Made by a program: the position numbers and the translations under genes. The notes under the pieces are model-generated. The model saw only the letters and a program-made list of their open reading frames with translations. It was not told the DNA's origin and ran no database searches. A stretch of DNA of 64,000 nt from Trypanosoma brucei (taxonomy: Eukaryota): positions 864,001-928,000 of the forward strand of contig CP000067.1 of the NCBI GenBank assembly GCA_000002445.1. Reading direction: 5' to 3'. Positions 30,149-41,774 of this stretch are shown in pieces. Numbering within the stretch: position 1 is the stretch's first letter; every line of letters starts with the position of its first letter.

Positions 30149-30903
30149 TTGAGGTCGGCGGACAGAGTCGGATCCTCACAGCACCTCCTTTCAATAGCCA
30201 AATCTTCTCTCCCCTTGCAGATGTATGTATGTTTATATATTCAATTTATGAATGTATGCTAATATTGGTACTTTTGGCTTCGTAGCCTCTCTATGTGACA
30301 CACACACGCACGAAAGAGGTGGTATTCCGTGTGCACAGGTGTGCTGCCTATACTCCTGCACGCGCCGAAAAGAGTGCAAAAAGAAAATAATTTTTAAAAA
30401 ATATTGGTACAGTGCTAAAGCCAAGATGTACTTATCTGCGCTCACGTACACATACACAGATATGTGAGCATGGACACACCTGTAATTACTACTTTGGTCC
30501 GTTGCAGAGCTGCTTTTCTCTCCCATAAACAACACCCGACATGGACAAACACATTCACTCCTCCTCAACGTTATCGTCTTAATTCGCTCGCTTTCACCCA
30601 GTCTCCGAAACAATCGAGCAGTGCGTCGCCTCGCTCCACACCACACATCCCCTTCCCCGTGCAGCCTGAAAGCAAATCCACTTTCTTGCTATTAAGCATG
30701 AATTACTTGGTTAGCACCTTGACGCCGAAGGGTAATCCCACTTCAACAAGCAAGGTGTAACGACCACACACTTACAGTTACGCCCGGCCTGCACGATCAG
30801 ATGCGTTGGCCTTTCGGTGCTGCGCAGCCTTCAGATACGACCCAAAGAGCCCGTTACAACACCCACCTCCCCAAGCGCTGCAAGTACGTAATCTTCCGAC
30901 TTT

Positions 30904-31233
30904 TTAACGACTAAGTTCCTTTCTCGCCTGCTGGGTCATCATTTCCACGCGTGCTTTCTCAAACATGTCCCTTTGGTATTGTTCATACAGTTGGCTGAAT
31001 TGAGCGAACCCGTTCTTACCATACGCGCTGTACAGTAGAGCAAACTCTTCCACGCATGCCCTCTCCCCGCTGTCCAAACCCAAACCATTTTTATCACCAG
31101 CTCCACCGTTAAGGGGAACGACACATTTCTGGAACGCGCGGCGAATGATGTCCTGGCGTGACACTTGATGGGCGCGGTATTGTTCACCTGAAATGGTGTC
31201 GTTTGCGAAAGCCATGGATTGGTCCTGACCCAT
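30904..31233 (-). CDS. small hypothetical protein, 109 aa (N-terminal MGxxxS myristoylation-type consensus)
   Basis: Compact ORF filling the spacer between two larger genes on the same strand. Begins 'MGQDQSM'. Two Cys in 'FQKCVVP'/'ERACVEEF' contexts. No family assigned. Confidence 0.3.
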   Translation of the reverse strand: MGQDQSMAFANDTISGEQYRAHQVSRQDIIRRAFQKCVVPLNGGAGDKNGLGLDSGERACVEEFALLYSAYGKNGFAQFSQLYEQYQRDMFEKARVEMMTQQARKELSR

Positions 31234-31874
31234 CTTGCGTTTGGTATGGCCGACAAAACGCCTGTATTCCTTTTCAGGCTACTTTTAGGTGGTTGATCGG
31301 TTGTTAAAGACATTGACGAAGTCATCAGTGGAATAACAATGGCGAAGGAAAGAGCAAGAAGCGTAAAATTAATGGTTCGTTTCCTCGTACCCATTCCCTT
31401 TCGTTCTCTCCACAAAACACACATGCACACATGCGCACGCGCACACCTCCACAACGAGTAAAGATTTTTTTTTTACAAAACATACAAGAGTTCACACTCT
31501 AACTGTGTTCGTACAAGTGGCTCACTTTGTATAACAAAGAACACATGATATCAAGAAGACAACAAAAGATCGTAACGAAGAAAAGGAGGGAGGGAAGGGC
31601 TCCCGCAACGTCAACAAATGTATACTACCAACAATCATAGCAGCGTCGCGGAAACCGTTTCCGGCATTACATCTTTGACAACTATCACATGTAACCGCAT
31701 CCCACAACTGAAGAGTGATATTTGCCGCACCACTTTGGCCCTCACCCAAACCACTGAACAGATGAGCAGAACACGCGCCTCTTGTATATATCCATATATA
31801 GATATACACATATGCGCAAGAGGGCTGTGGACTTCCCATCCCACCCCCGTTTCCAGCTACCCTTTGTCTTTTCG

Positions 31875-33383
31875 TCAGTCGCTAACGAACTCCAGTTCCA
31901 GCAGTACTTCATGCACACTGCAAGCACCTGTCGACCCGCGGGTACACACGGCAACGGATGCCCCAGCCGGTAGCAGCAAGTAGTCTGAGAAGGTCCACGT
32001 AGCAAAGGCGATTCCCTCACCGCATAACCGCGAGCGACTGCCACCCCTTACCGGCCGCAGTGTGTAGCATGTTGATCCACTAGAGTAAAAGGTAACCACG
32101 GAACTGCTGTTAACGCGCAACACCGCAGAGGGCGTCCCCGTCGCAGCAGAATGGTGACCACAGCCACGACCCGACGCCGCCGCAGCGTTACTAGCAATCA
32201 TACACACGACTATGCGACAAATCCCACTTCTCGTCAACTCAATAACGCCGGGGTGTCTTTCGGCCCGCCACACAAACGGCAGCTCCGCCCTTCCCCCGCT
32301 TAACTCAGCAAACGCTGCACGGCTGTCTGGAGAAGCTGCCAACCGTACCCACTCCCCAGTTGCAGTCCGCCTTACGCAGAGGGAACCCCATGGAATGGGG
32401 CCGTCAGGGGAAGAACCACACGATGATATATTCGCCCCGCGCCAGCGCCACCGTGCGACGCTGCAGTCTAGGAGGAAACGCTTAGACGCCTGACCCTTTC
32501 CACGCCTATCCGTCGTTGCTTCTGCTGCTGATCCAGATCGCCGACATCGGTGGCAGCCACTGGTTGAACGCACAGGAGGCAACGGTCGTTGCAGCAGCTT
32601 TAGCCACTGATTTCTCAGTAACTTGACCTCACGCACCATCTCTCTCACAGAGTTATCTGTTTCCGCTGGTATAGAGTCCCCCGGTCCCGGTGAGGCAGTA
32701 GGAGATAAAGACTGGGCAGCCCCTAACACACTCCTGGCCAGCGACCTTGCTACCACATTGTCGATTTGTCTCTGTAAGTCATTCATCCCAGGAAAGAGAA
32801 CCTCTTGGTGAAATTTTTGTGTGTCACAACGCTGCATTTCCACAGCTTCCTTGAGTTGTTGCATATTGCGCCTCACTCCCTCCAGTGCAACGCCAGTGCC
32901 TGTGCGCTCTGCGTTGTACCGCTCCTCCTTCAAATGGCTGTCGTTGACAAGCACCTCGACAGCCCGCTGCACCTCATCCATTTTGCTCTCCAGCGCACAC
33001 AGCCGCTCTCCGTGCAACTGAGCTTGTTGTAGCAATAACTGTGAGGCGAGCATAACGCATGGCTGAACGTTCTTCCACTCCTTCCCGACCCCCTGCTGCG
33101 TTTGTCTGAGCCCCAACAAAACTTGGGCACACGCACGGTCGACCATCTCGGCCTGTGTTGGAAAGTGTGGCGCAGAAACTGCTACATTGGTAGTATAGGC
33201 GGGAAAAGCAGCTGCATGAGCGTGCATTCCACACGCGCTCAAGCCTGCGCTGTCTACAACAAAATTATTTGGTTCAGCAAAAAAAACAAGGGCGAAAATG
33301 AAGAGCAGGGCCGGTGTAACGAGGCAGCGACGCCATCGCCACGCTGGTGAGAACAAAAAACGAAAAACGAAGTGGATGAACAA
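31875..33383 (-). CDS. hypothetical protein, 502 aa (central coiled-coil-like region)
   Basis: Long ORF in PTU orientation. Heptad-like region 'LKEERYNAERTGTGVALEGVRRNMQQLKEAVEMQRCDTQKFHQEV'. No catalytic motif seen. Confidence 0.4.
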   Translation of the reverse strand: MFIHFVFRFLFSPAWRWRRCLVTPALLFIFALVFFAEPNNFVVDSAGLSACGMHAHAAAFPAYTTNVAVSAPHFPTQAEMVDRACAQVLLGLRQTQQGVGKEWKNVQPCVMLASQLLLQQAQLHGERLCALESKMDEVQRAVEVLVNDSHLKEERYNAERTGTGVALEGVRRNMQQLKEAVEMQRCDTQKFHQEVLFPGMNDLQRQIDNVVARSLARSVLGAAQSLSPTASPGPGDSIPAETDNSVREMVREVKLLRNQWLKLLQRPLPPVRSTSGCHRCRRSGSAAEATTDRRGKGQASKRFLLDCSVARWRWRGANISSCGSSPDGPIPWGSLCVRRTATGEWVRLAASPDSRAAFAELSGGRAELPFVWRAERHPGVIELTRSGICRIVVCMIASNAAAASGRGCGHHSAATGTPSAVLRVNSSSVVTFYSSGSTCYTLRPVRGGSRSRLCGEGIAFATWTFSDYLLLPAGASVAVCTRGSTGACSVHEVLLELEFVSD

Positions 33384-33937
33384 AAAAAAACAAAAAAAGA
33401 AAGACCAAAACAGACAGCCGACAAACTACGCAACACTGTCTACTGCAGGTAATGCTAATTCCACACCATCTTCTCCCTACCCTAAAACAAGGGCACCAGC
33501 ACCCCTTCCTCCTGCAAGGTTAACGAGAGGCAGAGGTGACTCCGCTATAGTTGCTCTAATACGCAAGAACAGGTTATGAAAATAATAACACTAACAGTGA
33601 TAATAATAATAAGAGTGATAATGGAAATAGGGAACCCCATCCCGTACGCACACCAACGTATGCGAGTGGGAAGGGCAATGTGAACAACACAGACGTGTGA
33701 GAAGAAAAAGGACGACGTCAAGGAAAGTGTAGAAATATGCCAGTTGATTGCAGAAAACTCCCAACGACATCAAGCCCTCTCCTGAGCCCTCACCGCTGAC
33801 CTTCCGCAACTCAACACCATTAAAAACACCCCTACTCACACCATCATCACTCCCGTTAAGTCCTTCATCCATTCGCTGAGCATCGCCCTCCCACACCTTC
33901 CACTGCTTTGGTTCTCCTACTACTCCCTTCGTATGTT

Positions 33938-34282
33938 TTAAATGTTGAGTGAGCGAGTAATGGCATCTGTTACGTGTGCCTGATCAAGCTCCTCGGTCCA
34001 TTCAGTATAGGTTTCATCCAACACACGGCGCAGCTTCTGCTCCGCCCGCTTCTCCTGGAGAAAGTGAATGACTGGAAGCTTGTTATACACGAAAGAGGGC
34101 ACCATAATGTCCGTCCACACCATTGGCATCCAAAAGAAAAAAGCATAATACCACACCATAGCCCAAGAGGCAAGGTACCACGTGCTCATGGGCTCCAGAT
34201 GACGCCGCGGCGACACCGTCACCGCGTATTTGTTCATCGGGCGCGCCATGTTGCTAACATTGGCACCAAGTCGCCGTAGCAT
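33938..34282 (-). CDS. small predicted membrane protein, 114 aa
   Basis: Trp/Phe-rich hydrophobic segment 'WYLASWAMVWYYAFFFWMPMVW' then 'MVPSFVY'. Sits in the PTU between flanking genes. Family unknown. Confidence 0.3.
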   Translation of the reverse strand: MLRRLGANVSNMARPMNKYAVTVSPRRHLEPMSTWYLASWAMVWYYAFFFWMPMVWTDIMVPSFVYNKLPVIHFLQEKRAEQKLRRVLDETYTEWTEELDQAHVTDAITRSLNI

Positions 34283-34873
34283 CGCTGATATTTAGTACTG
34301 GAAAATGCTTCGCACGTGCGATATTGGTGTATATGTATACGCTTGACGTCACTGCTCCCTACCGTGGTTTCCTCTTCCACCGCCGGTACAAATGGAAGAG
34401 GAAATAAATACAAAAAAAACATGAAAGAAAGGAAAGAAAACATTATGAGAAGCATTGCAGAGGTGGGGATAAGTCGCTAATCGTTGCGACCAAAAAGTCA
34501 CCTGAAAGGGGAAAAGGGGGAAGGGGTACATTTGGTCCCTCCACCCATTGTGACCCCGAGGGAGTGTACATGCCGAATGGAGAACGCTAGTACAAGTAGA
34601 GTAGAAGGGGAACAAGACACAAACAATGATCCCCACAAAAGTGGCTAAGCCTATGGGACAGATATGGTGAGGAGGGCGAAGGAATTAATCGCGGGAAGCA
34701 TGTGCTACCGAGAGAGCAGGTTGCCATTGAGTCCTACCTAGGCGAACGGCAGCGCTCGCCTCACATTAAAAGCGGAGTCACGCTGATTTTCGGCACTCTC
34801 TTCAGTTAATGTTATCATCCCCCGATCTGCCTCCAACTCGTCCCCCTTCACTCGCGTCAGCACCGCTTGACCG

Positions 34874-35377
34874 TCACGAGGTATCTTTGTTTTTTTTATT
34901 CAATTTTTTTAAATCTTTCTGGTACTCGCTGTTGAACAATTCCTTGTATACCGGCACACGCTCCACATTATAGCGATGACTTTTTGCAGCCAGAGCCCTT
35001 CGACTCACTGCAGTTTCCGTTATCCCGCCCAACCCACTTTCCTCACTGACCATGAATGAAAGCAAACCAGTGATTATTGTCCGCACCCCCCACATTGGGC
35101 TCCACTCTTCCGGATGAAAATCAGTTATGGTAAGGCAAATGGGACTGTTAATAACAAACCGTCCACTCGGCGTCAGCATAATTATTTTGGGTGGCTCCAT
35201 CGGATATTCAGGTGGGAACCTCAGCTCCCCAAGGTATCGACCACCTTCATAAGGCGTCTGAGGTGGTCCATCGAGGGTGAAATACCACGTGAAAATGCTT
35301 TCCGACGAAGGAGCGGCGTTACAATACGGTGGAGGGTCCACGGTGATGTCGCGTAACTCCTTCTGCAAGCGACGCAT
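34874..35377 (-). CDS. ubiquitin-conjugating enzyme E2 (Ubc6/UBE2J-like), 167 aa
   Basis: UBC fold motifs 'GGRYLGELRFPPEYPMEPPKIIMLTP', 'GRFVINSPICLTITDFHPEEWSPMWGVRTIITGLLSFM' (active-site Cys in ICL context; HPN replaced as in the UBE2J/Ubc6 subfamily). Confidence 0.85.
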   Translation of the reverse strand: MRRLQKELRDITVDPPPYCNAAPSSESIFTWYFTLDGPPQTPYEGGRYLGELRFPPEYPMEPPKIIMLTPSGRFVINSPICLTITDFHPEEWSPMWGVRTIITGLLSFMVSEESGLGGITETAVSRRALAAKSHRYNVERVPVYKELFNSEYQKDLKKLNKKNKDTS

Positions 35378-35832
35378 GGGTTACAATGCGGACTCCCGCG
35401 TAGATCCCGACTTACCGTAATAGGTGTTCTGCCCGTCTCTCAGAAAGCGAAGTGGCAGAAGATAGTTTGTGGAGAGAAAAAAATCATAAAATGGCAACCA
35501 CAATCCGATATTTCTCGCCTAGTAGTCTGTTGGTTCGTAAGGTGTGAGTTTTTTACAGACAGGGAAAGTAGATTCAAAGAAAAAAGTTGTTGGATGTGTA
35601 CATGGGGTTATGTTCCGAAGAGTTTACTCCTGCACCAAAAGAAAAAAAGAAGCATTTGTCCACGTGGGTGACCTGTTAGTTAGAGTACATGCTAGTCACA
35701 ACATTCTCTCACGTCAAACAACCGCCAACTAATGTGATTTGATTTCTACAATATAACAAGATCTTTTTTTAAAAAAAAATTCACGTTGTGCTGCAAATAG
35801 TTCCTCTATGATCATCAATCTCTATAAATCAT

Positions 35833-37689
35833 CTATGCACTCCCATGCATGCTCGATAGCACCAGCTTGTGAAGCAGGCATGTCACGTCGTGAAGCTCAC
35901 CTTGTTGCTCATCCAACCGCTCCATCACACCCCGAAGTCCCGCTTCCAGAAAGGCGCTCTTCGCGATGAGTCCGCGTAACAATTCATCCCCGCTGGCAGC
36001 CACCGGACAACGCACTCGATTCGAAGATCGCCTTTTCTTCCGATGAGACGGTGACTGACTAAAAGCTCGATTTGGCACCCCATGGTTGAACCTCGCCCCA
36101 GTAGTTGCAGTGGAAACGAACGGTGAAGGGAAAGAAGAAGGGAGTGGATTCGCAGAGCTGCCCGTCAACGTGCCCTGCTGCACCTCTGGTGCTGTGGGAA
36201 GGACATCCTCTCGACACGTACGGCAATGGAGCGACCCTCGCCAAGCCGTGTCGCCGCTACATTCAAGAACATGTTGCCTCCTCCGGCGGAGTGGCGTAGT
36301 CTTCGGTGTCCGACGCAGCCCTTTCGCTCGACCGCCAACGGCGGCAGCCACGCCAACCCTGTAACTTGCCTGAGATACACGTGGACAACAGTCAGTTGGA
36401 AAAGAAGCATGGGGTGACGGCGCCCTGTCCGTCGGAACCGTTACAGAATTGGTGACTGTCCCCCTCACCGCGGGATCATCGGAACCGTCCCTCCCCTCGC
36501 TTCGTGATAATGAGCTCGCTCGTGCACGCGCACAACCGGACGTGGTGACTGGGACTGGCCCCTCAGATGTTCCCGCAGCTATTGCCGTCTTCGGGATAAC
36601 TGCGGTGACATTCTCATGACACGCTAAACCGGCGAGGGAAGATGCTCGCGTCGCGTAGGTATCCACCTCCTCTGTGGCGGGATGGTGTTGGTTACTGCGC
36701 CCCCGCGGCCCTTTGGCTTCATCCGTCCCTTGCGTGTTGGTAGCAATGTCGAGACCCTGGTGACAAATGGGAGCCGCTGTCGTTGGAACGCCGCTGTCAC
36801 TCCGGCTCCTCGACGTAAAACGCTCAGTGGAAACCGTGGCTGTCGCGCGTGACTGCACGGGTGCACAATTAGCTCTACCAAAGCAACAGCGGCACCTTAC
36901 CGTGCTTTCGGAGCTCTCTGCTAGTTTTAACTGATGTTGTAGTGTGCCAATAAGTGCATCCCGCTCAACCAACCGCTCCTTAAGCTCGCGCTGAGTGTGC
37001 AGAAACTCCTTGCGCTCGTCCACGTGGCGCGCCGACACGGTTGCGATGCACAAATCTAGTCGTTGAATCTCGGAGAGGAGTCTACGTGCTATCCTCTTAT
37101 AAGCCTCCTCGACCTGGCAGGGGCTTGGCTCAGCACCCGACGGCTCTGTCGACACACCACAACTCTCTGACGACACGGGATCAATGCATGAATTTGTTTC
37201 GTCATCCGCAATACTACTCCTTCCGTGACTGTGATTCCAAGTAACACCCTCGGTAGGCGCCAGTGGCGGACGCTGTGAGACGGCAACCTCCTGACCTGAC
37301 GGAGTGGAGAGCCTTTTGCTTCGCGCGTTGTCATTGGAAGCACAACATCTGTCAGCCGTAGCCTCCCCACGAGGCAGCGCTGTGGTATCACGACTATTAG
37401 GTAAAATTGTAAAGGTGTCCTCCTCCATCTTGCGGCCCCCGGAGCGCGGGACTGGCATGCACATGAGAGACGGTGCGGTATTGTCTCTTGTTTCGTCATC
37501 CTCCGCAGCTACAGAAACAGCGGAAATGGTATCGTCTACGCGGGTTTCGGTGCAATCACTTGCAGTGGCCGTATCACGAGCGCGGGAGAGCCGACTGAGA
37601 GTCGCCGTCAATGCCAAGATATCGTCACGAAGAGACATCCCTTTCCCCCTACACCTTTGCTTTAATATGTCGCAGCAACACACAAGCAC
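35833..37689 (-). CDS. hypothetical Ser/Thr/Ala-rich protein with coiled-coil segment, 618 aa
   Basis: Long ORF. 'LKERLVERDALIGTLQHQLKLAESSE' coiled-coil-like. Otherwise low-complexity Ser/Thr/Ala/Arg-rich. Confidence 0.4.
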   Translation of the reverse strand: MLVCCCDILKQRCRGKGMSLRDDILALTATLSRLSRARDTATASDCTETRVDDTISAVSVAAEDDETRDNTAPSLMCMPVPRSGGRKMEEDTFTILPNSRDTTALPRGEATADRCCASNDNARSKRLSTPSGQEVAVSQRPPLAPTEGVTWNHSHGRSSIADDETNSCIDPVSSESCGVSTEPSGAEPSPCQVEEAYKRIARRLLSEIQRLDLCIATVSARHVDERKEFLHTQRELKERLVERDALIGTLQHQLKLAESSESTVRCRCCFGRANCAPVQSRATATVSTERFTSRSRSDSGVPTTAAPICHQGLDIATNTQGTDEAKGPRGRSNQHHPATEEVDTYATRASSLAGLACHENVTAVIPKTAIAAGTSEGPVPVTTSGCARARASSLSRSEGRDGSDDPAVRGTVTNSVTVPTDRAPSPHASFPTDCCPRVSQASYRVGVAAAVGGRAKGLRRTPKTTPLRRRRQHVLECSGDTAWRGSLHCRTCREDVLPTAPEVQQGTLTGSSANPLPSSFPSPFVSTATTGARFNHGVPNRAFSQSPSHRKKRRSSNRVRCPVAASGDELLRGLIAKSAFLEAGLRGVMERLDEQQGELHDVTCLLHKLVLSSMHGSA

Positions 37690-37862
37690 ACTTCACTTCA
37701 CTACTCCGCGTGAATGAGCAACTAGGGGTTCCGCAACGCGGCGACGCAGGGTAAGAGTGGGTGGAAAGGAGTAGCCGCCACCTGCCACAGCCACACTTAC
37801 GTGTGAAACAACCCTCTGAGTCAATTACATAAAAAGTTAGAAAGAAGGGCAACAGAGTATTT

Positions 37863-37912
37863 AAAAAAAAAAACACGCAACGAGCAACAGAAAAAAAAAA
37901 GAGGAGAGAAAT
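37863..37912 (-). promoter_or_regulatory. polypyrimidine tract upstream of the 35833..37689 gene
   Basis: +strand 'aaaaaaaaaaacacgcaacgagcaacagaaaaaaaaaagaggagagaaa'. Confidence 0.4.
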
Positions 37913-38578
37913 TCGCAATTTTAACCCCACCTAAACAACCAGAATTGGGCCTTGGGGGAGGGGACATAGGAATGTTTGCGGATGAACTGCATTCAATGAC
38001 AAAAGGGGGTTAGAAGGCTGTTTCTTTTCGTACCACATATATATATATATATATGTATTCACCGGCCGCAGGCTCTTTCTCCAAAAAATGGTATTGGCAT
38101 AGAAGACGAGAATGAAAACAATAATAATAAACTACGCGGGGCAACATTTTTCACAACGTAACTCTTCCGCCGTTTAGAATGGCATTTACCTTTTCCCCTC
38201 CTGCTTTTATTCCCTAGTTTTCTCCTGACAGTACTGGACTTGTCACACCATCAGAAGCAACATCATTATCATCGTTTTCACTCCATGTCACAGCACTCAA
38301 CTCGCATGTTCCGAGAGTAGCTGCCTAAATCCATGGAAATCCACGAAAACAAGAAAAAGGGGAAAGGGGGAAAGAAACAACACCACAAGCACAACTCAAA
38401 AAGCACAACTCAAAAAGCACATACAAACGAACTGAGTAAAACATAATAAAAGCATAACAAACGAAGGGTTGTAAAGGGAGAGAGGAGTAAACAGCCGCAG
38501 AAGGCATTTAGCAAAACTCAGGAAAATCCTCCTAGTGAGGGAAAGAAACAACGTGCATGAAACTTAAACAAAGCTTCA

Positions 38579-39130
38579 CTACAGTTCCTCTAAATACATA
38601 CACATCTCGTTCAAAAATGCTGCCCAGCTGAGAAGGGCAAAGAACTGGGCTATGAGACTCCCCAAGTAAACGGCGCAGGAAGTCACTAGCAGGTAAAACC
38701 CACAGCACAACTTGAAAACACCCTTCAGAGGCTTTTTGCCAGACCCTCCGTCGTCACTGCAGAAGCCAACGAAGTACTCCACAGACATAATTGCGGTGCA
38801 GAGTGCCATGAGTAGGAAGGCGATGAAAGAAAAGCATGGTGACAGGCACATGAGGAAAGCCATCCTCCCTCGTAAAATGGTAAGAATAACAACAATGAAA
38901 GCAATGAATCCAATGACAGAGGAAGTGACAACACTCCCGCGGACCAAATTGAAATACACAGTGTTCCTGAAGCATGAATCCTTACCTGTCGATGACGCTT
39001 GTCCCACCTCGAAAAGATAAATCGTTTTATAGCCCGTTGCACGGCCAAAAATAGGAGAGAAACACGCGCAACCAGCTAAAATAAAGGCACAGAGCGTCAG
39101 CAATAAAGAGAGTACGCCGAAAAAGATCAT
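38579..39130 (-). CDS. four-TM Cys-rich small membrane protein, paralogue a (claudin/PMP22/amastin-like topology; family assignment uncertain), 183 aa
   Basis: Four hydrophobic segments ('FGVLSLLLTLCAFILAGCA', 'VIGFIAFIVVILTIL', 'CFSFIAFLLMALCTAIM', 'LLVTSCAVYLGSLIAQFFALL'). Long first loop with Cys. Same architecture and position as paralogues b and c immediately upstream. Confidence 0.5.
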   Translation of the reverse strand: MIFFGVLSLLLTLCAFILAGCACFSPIFGRATGYKTIYLFEVGQASSTGKDSCFRNTVYFNLVRGSVVTSSVIGFIAFIVVILTILRGRMAFLMCLSPCFSFIAFLLMALCTAIMSVEYFVGFCSDDGGSGKKPLKGVFKLCCGFYLLVTSCAVYLGSLIAQFFALLSWAAFLNEMCMYLEEL

Positions 39131-39364
39131 GATATCCTTCTTGGTGAAACGACAACTGATAACGAGACTTGTCTTAAGAACTTACACAACTTCCAAATAG
39201 AGCTCAAGAAGAAGAGAAAAGTATTGTGAGTCACGTACAGCAAAGGATCAAAGCAGAGAGAGAGAGAGCGAAAAAGAAAGATTGGGTAACGGCAACAACA
39301 GAAGAAGTGAAACATGTAGAGAAACATGCATGAAAGCCAACGAGGCAATACCAAAAGTGGCCAG

Positions 39365-39799
39365 TCAGATGTTTGTGTAGCGCTCGTCCACAGGCCTGTC
39401 GAAATCCACATCCAACTCACAGATCCGCCAGTCCTCGTACGTATTGTCTGGAAGCACACGCCGAATAATGAGCGGAATGACACCTTCACGGAGCTCTTTC
39501 TGCGCAATAGTCAACGGGTCCGTCTCACCCTCCAATGCAACTAACACAGGAGCATTCATACTAATCTGCAATGCACGTGTCCCAAGGATGCGGGCCCTCT
39601 CGTATTTCGTCAGCACCGGAGCCGTCACGCGATCTCTGTCATCACGCCGTTTCGCTGAACCACGCACAGGTGCAGGACCAGACACAACAACACCCGCACC
39701 CGCATCACTTCGCTCATCGTCACTTTGCGCCACGCTCTCATGCTCATCACCAATGCTCAAACTCAGTCGATCAACTTCATCCTCATCACGCTCAGACAT
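39365..39799 (-). CDS. RPB6: DNA-directed RNA polymerase common subunit RPB6 (RPABC2/omega-like), copy 1, 144 aa
   Basis: '[66 protein letters not shown]' is the conserved RPB6 core. Acidic N-terminal tail 'SERDEDEVD'. Confidence 0.85.
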   Translation of the reverse strand: MSERDEDEVDRLSLSIGDEHESVAQSDDERSDAGAGVVVSGPAPVRGSAKRRDDRDRVTAPVLTKYERARILGTRALQISMNAPVLVALEGETDPLTIAQKELREGVIPLIIRRVLPDNTYEDWRICELDVDFDRPVDERYTNI

Positions 39800-40573
39800 A
39801 TTTAGATTCCTTTACGGCTACGAACAGGTGCAATATCCGCACCTCTCCTCAACTGGCTAGTGGAAGTAGTAAGAGAAATAAGAAACGAAAACAAACAAGT
39901 GAAAGACAAAGAGGAGGAAAAAAAAGTATCAGCACAGAAAAGAGCAACGGGGATGGATCTGCACTAAAAGCAGAGGGGCGCTACATACGGTTAATTTTGT
40001 CGCACCCGATACACACACCCACTTGACTGGGTGGGTGGGGGGAGGGAGGAAATCCCTCCCCCTCTACGCTACCACCGCACGCACTCCCTAATAGTCGAAA
40101 AAAAAAAAATCAGAAACGGCCGTACGGACATTTATTCTCACAAAACCATCGCAACACGCCAGTCAGGTCAGGCACGAGTGGCCGCAAAAATAGAATGCAC
40201 TTCATAAAGTGAAAAATAACTGAACATAAAGAAATAGACACGAACGAAATTAAATACGGAAAAGTAATAACCAACCTTGGCTGATCAACTTGAAGAAACG
40301 AAAGTTGCTTAAATCAGCCACTAATGACAGGGGGAAAGGTAGTCGCTAAAAGTGTAGTATATAAATACGAAGGAATAGAACATTTAAAGAAAACACCAGA
40401 GTGGTGTGAACTGACCAAAATAAGAAATAACATATTCACGTCCGCTGTTGCACAAGGTGAAACTGGAAAGTAAGCACCACTTCATCGCATCTCCACGCGA
40501 CGCCGTGCAGAAAAAAATAAATAAATAAATGTAGTTCGTTCGAGCTGCCGTAATGCAACCGTATATGTGGCTA

Positions 40574-41104
40574 CTACAGGCAACAACCCGCGACAGAGCT
40601 GACAAGGAACAATACAGCAGTTACAACAATAAGGTAAAAACCGGCATCAACCGAAAAGTCACGCTCCTTAAACGGGGCGAAATCCTCGCGCAATTGATCA
40701 TCCCACTGACAAAACCCCTTTCCGTATCCAACAGTGATGAGTACGGCGCTCACCGAAGAAACAAGGAAGGATATGATGGAAAGTGGCGTGGATATGATTC
40801 GCAAACAACACAGTGGGATCTTGCAATTCGACAGAATAATGAAAACAAGAGCAGCAAAGCCTGTAAGCACTGAAATAAGGACACCAGCTTCAATTACCTG
40901 AAAGTATACACTGTACTCCTTACACGGGCTCTCATGCACCTTCGTTTGCTTCACTACATCATCAACCTTCTCCATGTAGTACCATAGGGTTTGGATCGCT
41001 TCCTTTGTTTCATTCTTCATGCGAAAAACGGGAAAAACCAACGCGCAAACAGCCGAAGCAACAGCGAATAGAGTAACAAGAGTTGTCAACCAACCGCAGC
41101 ACAT
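40574..41104 (-). CDS. four-TM Cys-rich small membrane protein, paralogue b, about 176 aa (start reassigned to internal Met)
   Basis: Starts 'MCCGWLTTLVTLFAVASAVCALVFPVFRMKNETKEAIQTLWYYMEK', aligning with paralogue c's N-terminus. The ORF track's 302-aa version (40574..41482) fuses it in-frame to a translation of the repeated RPB6 3'-flank, which also appears as stand-alone ORFs 39127..39507 and 42981..43256; that fusion is rejected. Confidence 0.5.
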   Translation of the reverse strand: MCCGWLTTLVTLFAVASAVCALVFPVFRMKNETKEAIQTLWYYMEKVDDVVKQTKVHESPCKEYSVYFQVIEAGVLISVLTGFAALVFIILSNCKIPLCCLRIISTPLSIISFLVSSVSAVLITVGYGKGFCQWDDQLREDFAPFKERDFSVDAGFYLIVVTAVLFLVSSVAGCCL

Positions 41105-41339
41105 TCTGAATATTCCTGGTGAAACGACAACTGATAACGAGGCTTGTCTTAAGAACTTACACAACTTCCAAATAGAGCTCAAGAAGAAGAGAAAAGTATT
41201 GTGAGTCACGTACAGCAAAGGATCAAAGCAGAGAGAGAGAGAGCGAAAAAGAAAGATTGGATAACGGCAACAACAGAAGAAGTGAAACATGTAGAGAAAC
41301 ATGCATGAAAGCCAACGAGGCAATACCAAAAGTGGCCAG

Positions 41340-41774
41340 TCAGATGTTTGTGTAGCGCTCGTCCACAGGCCTGTCGAAATCCACATCCAATTCACAGATC
41401 CGCCAGTCCTCGTACGTATTGTCTGGAAGCACACGCCGAATAATGAGCGGAATGACACCTTCACGGAGCTCTTTCTGCGCAATAGTCAACGGGTCCGTCT
41501 CACCCTCCAATGCAACTAACACAGGAGCATTCATACTAATCTGCAATGCACGTGTCCCAAGGATGCGGGCCCTCTCGTATTTCGTCAGCACCGGAGCCGT
41601 CACGCGATCTCTGTCATCACGCCGTTTCGCTGAACCACGCACAGGTGCAGGACCAGACACAACAACACCCGCACCCGCATCACTTCGCTCATCGTCACTT
41701 TGCGCCACGCTCTCATGCTCATCACCAATGCTCAAACTCAGTCGATCAACTTCATCCTCATCACGCTCAGACAT
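41340..41774 (-). CDS. RPB6: RPB6, copy 2, 144 aa (protein identical to copy 1)
   Basis: Identical translation to 39365..39799. Lies one repeat period (about 1975 bp) upstream. Confidence 0.85.
   Translation of the reverse strand: MSERDEDEVDRLSLSIGDEHESVAQSDDERSDAGAGVVVSGPAPVRGSAKRRDDRDRVTAPVLTKYERARILGTRALQISMNAPVLVALEGETDPLTIAQKELREGVIPLIIRRVLPDNTYEDWRICELDVDFDRPVDERYTNI

Noticed and set aside
40574-41482. 302-aa ORF-track model fusing the four-TM paralogue b to an upstream 126-aa reading frame. The same frame appears as stand-alone ORFs 39127..39507 and 42981..43256.
   Set aside because: The N-terminal 126 aa are a chance open frame through the repeated RPB6 downstream flank (Phe/Leu/Ser/Cys-rich, repeated wherever that flank occurs). 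Paralogue c starts at the homologous internal Met, so b was trimmed to 40574..41104.
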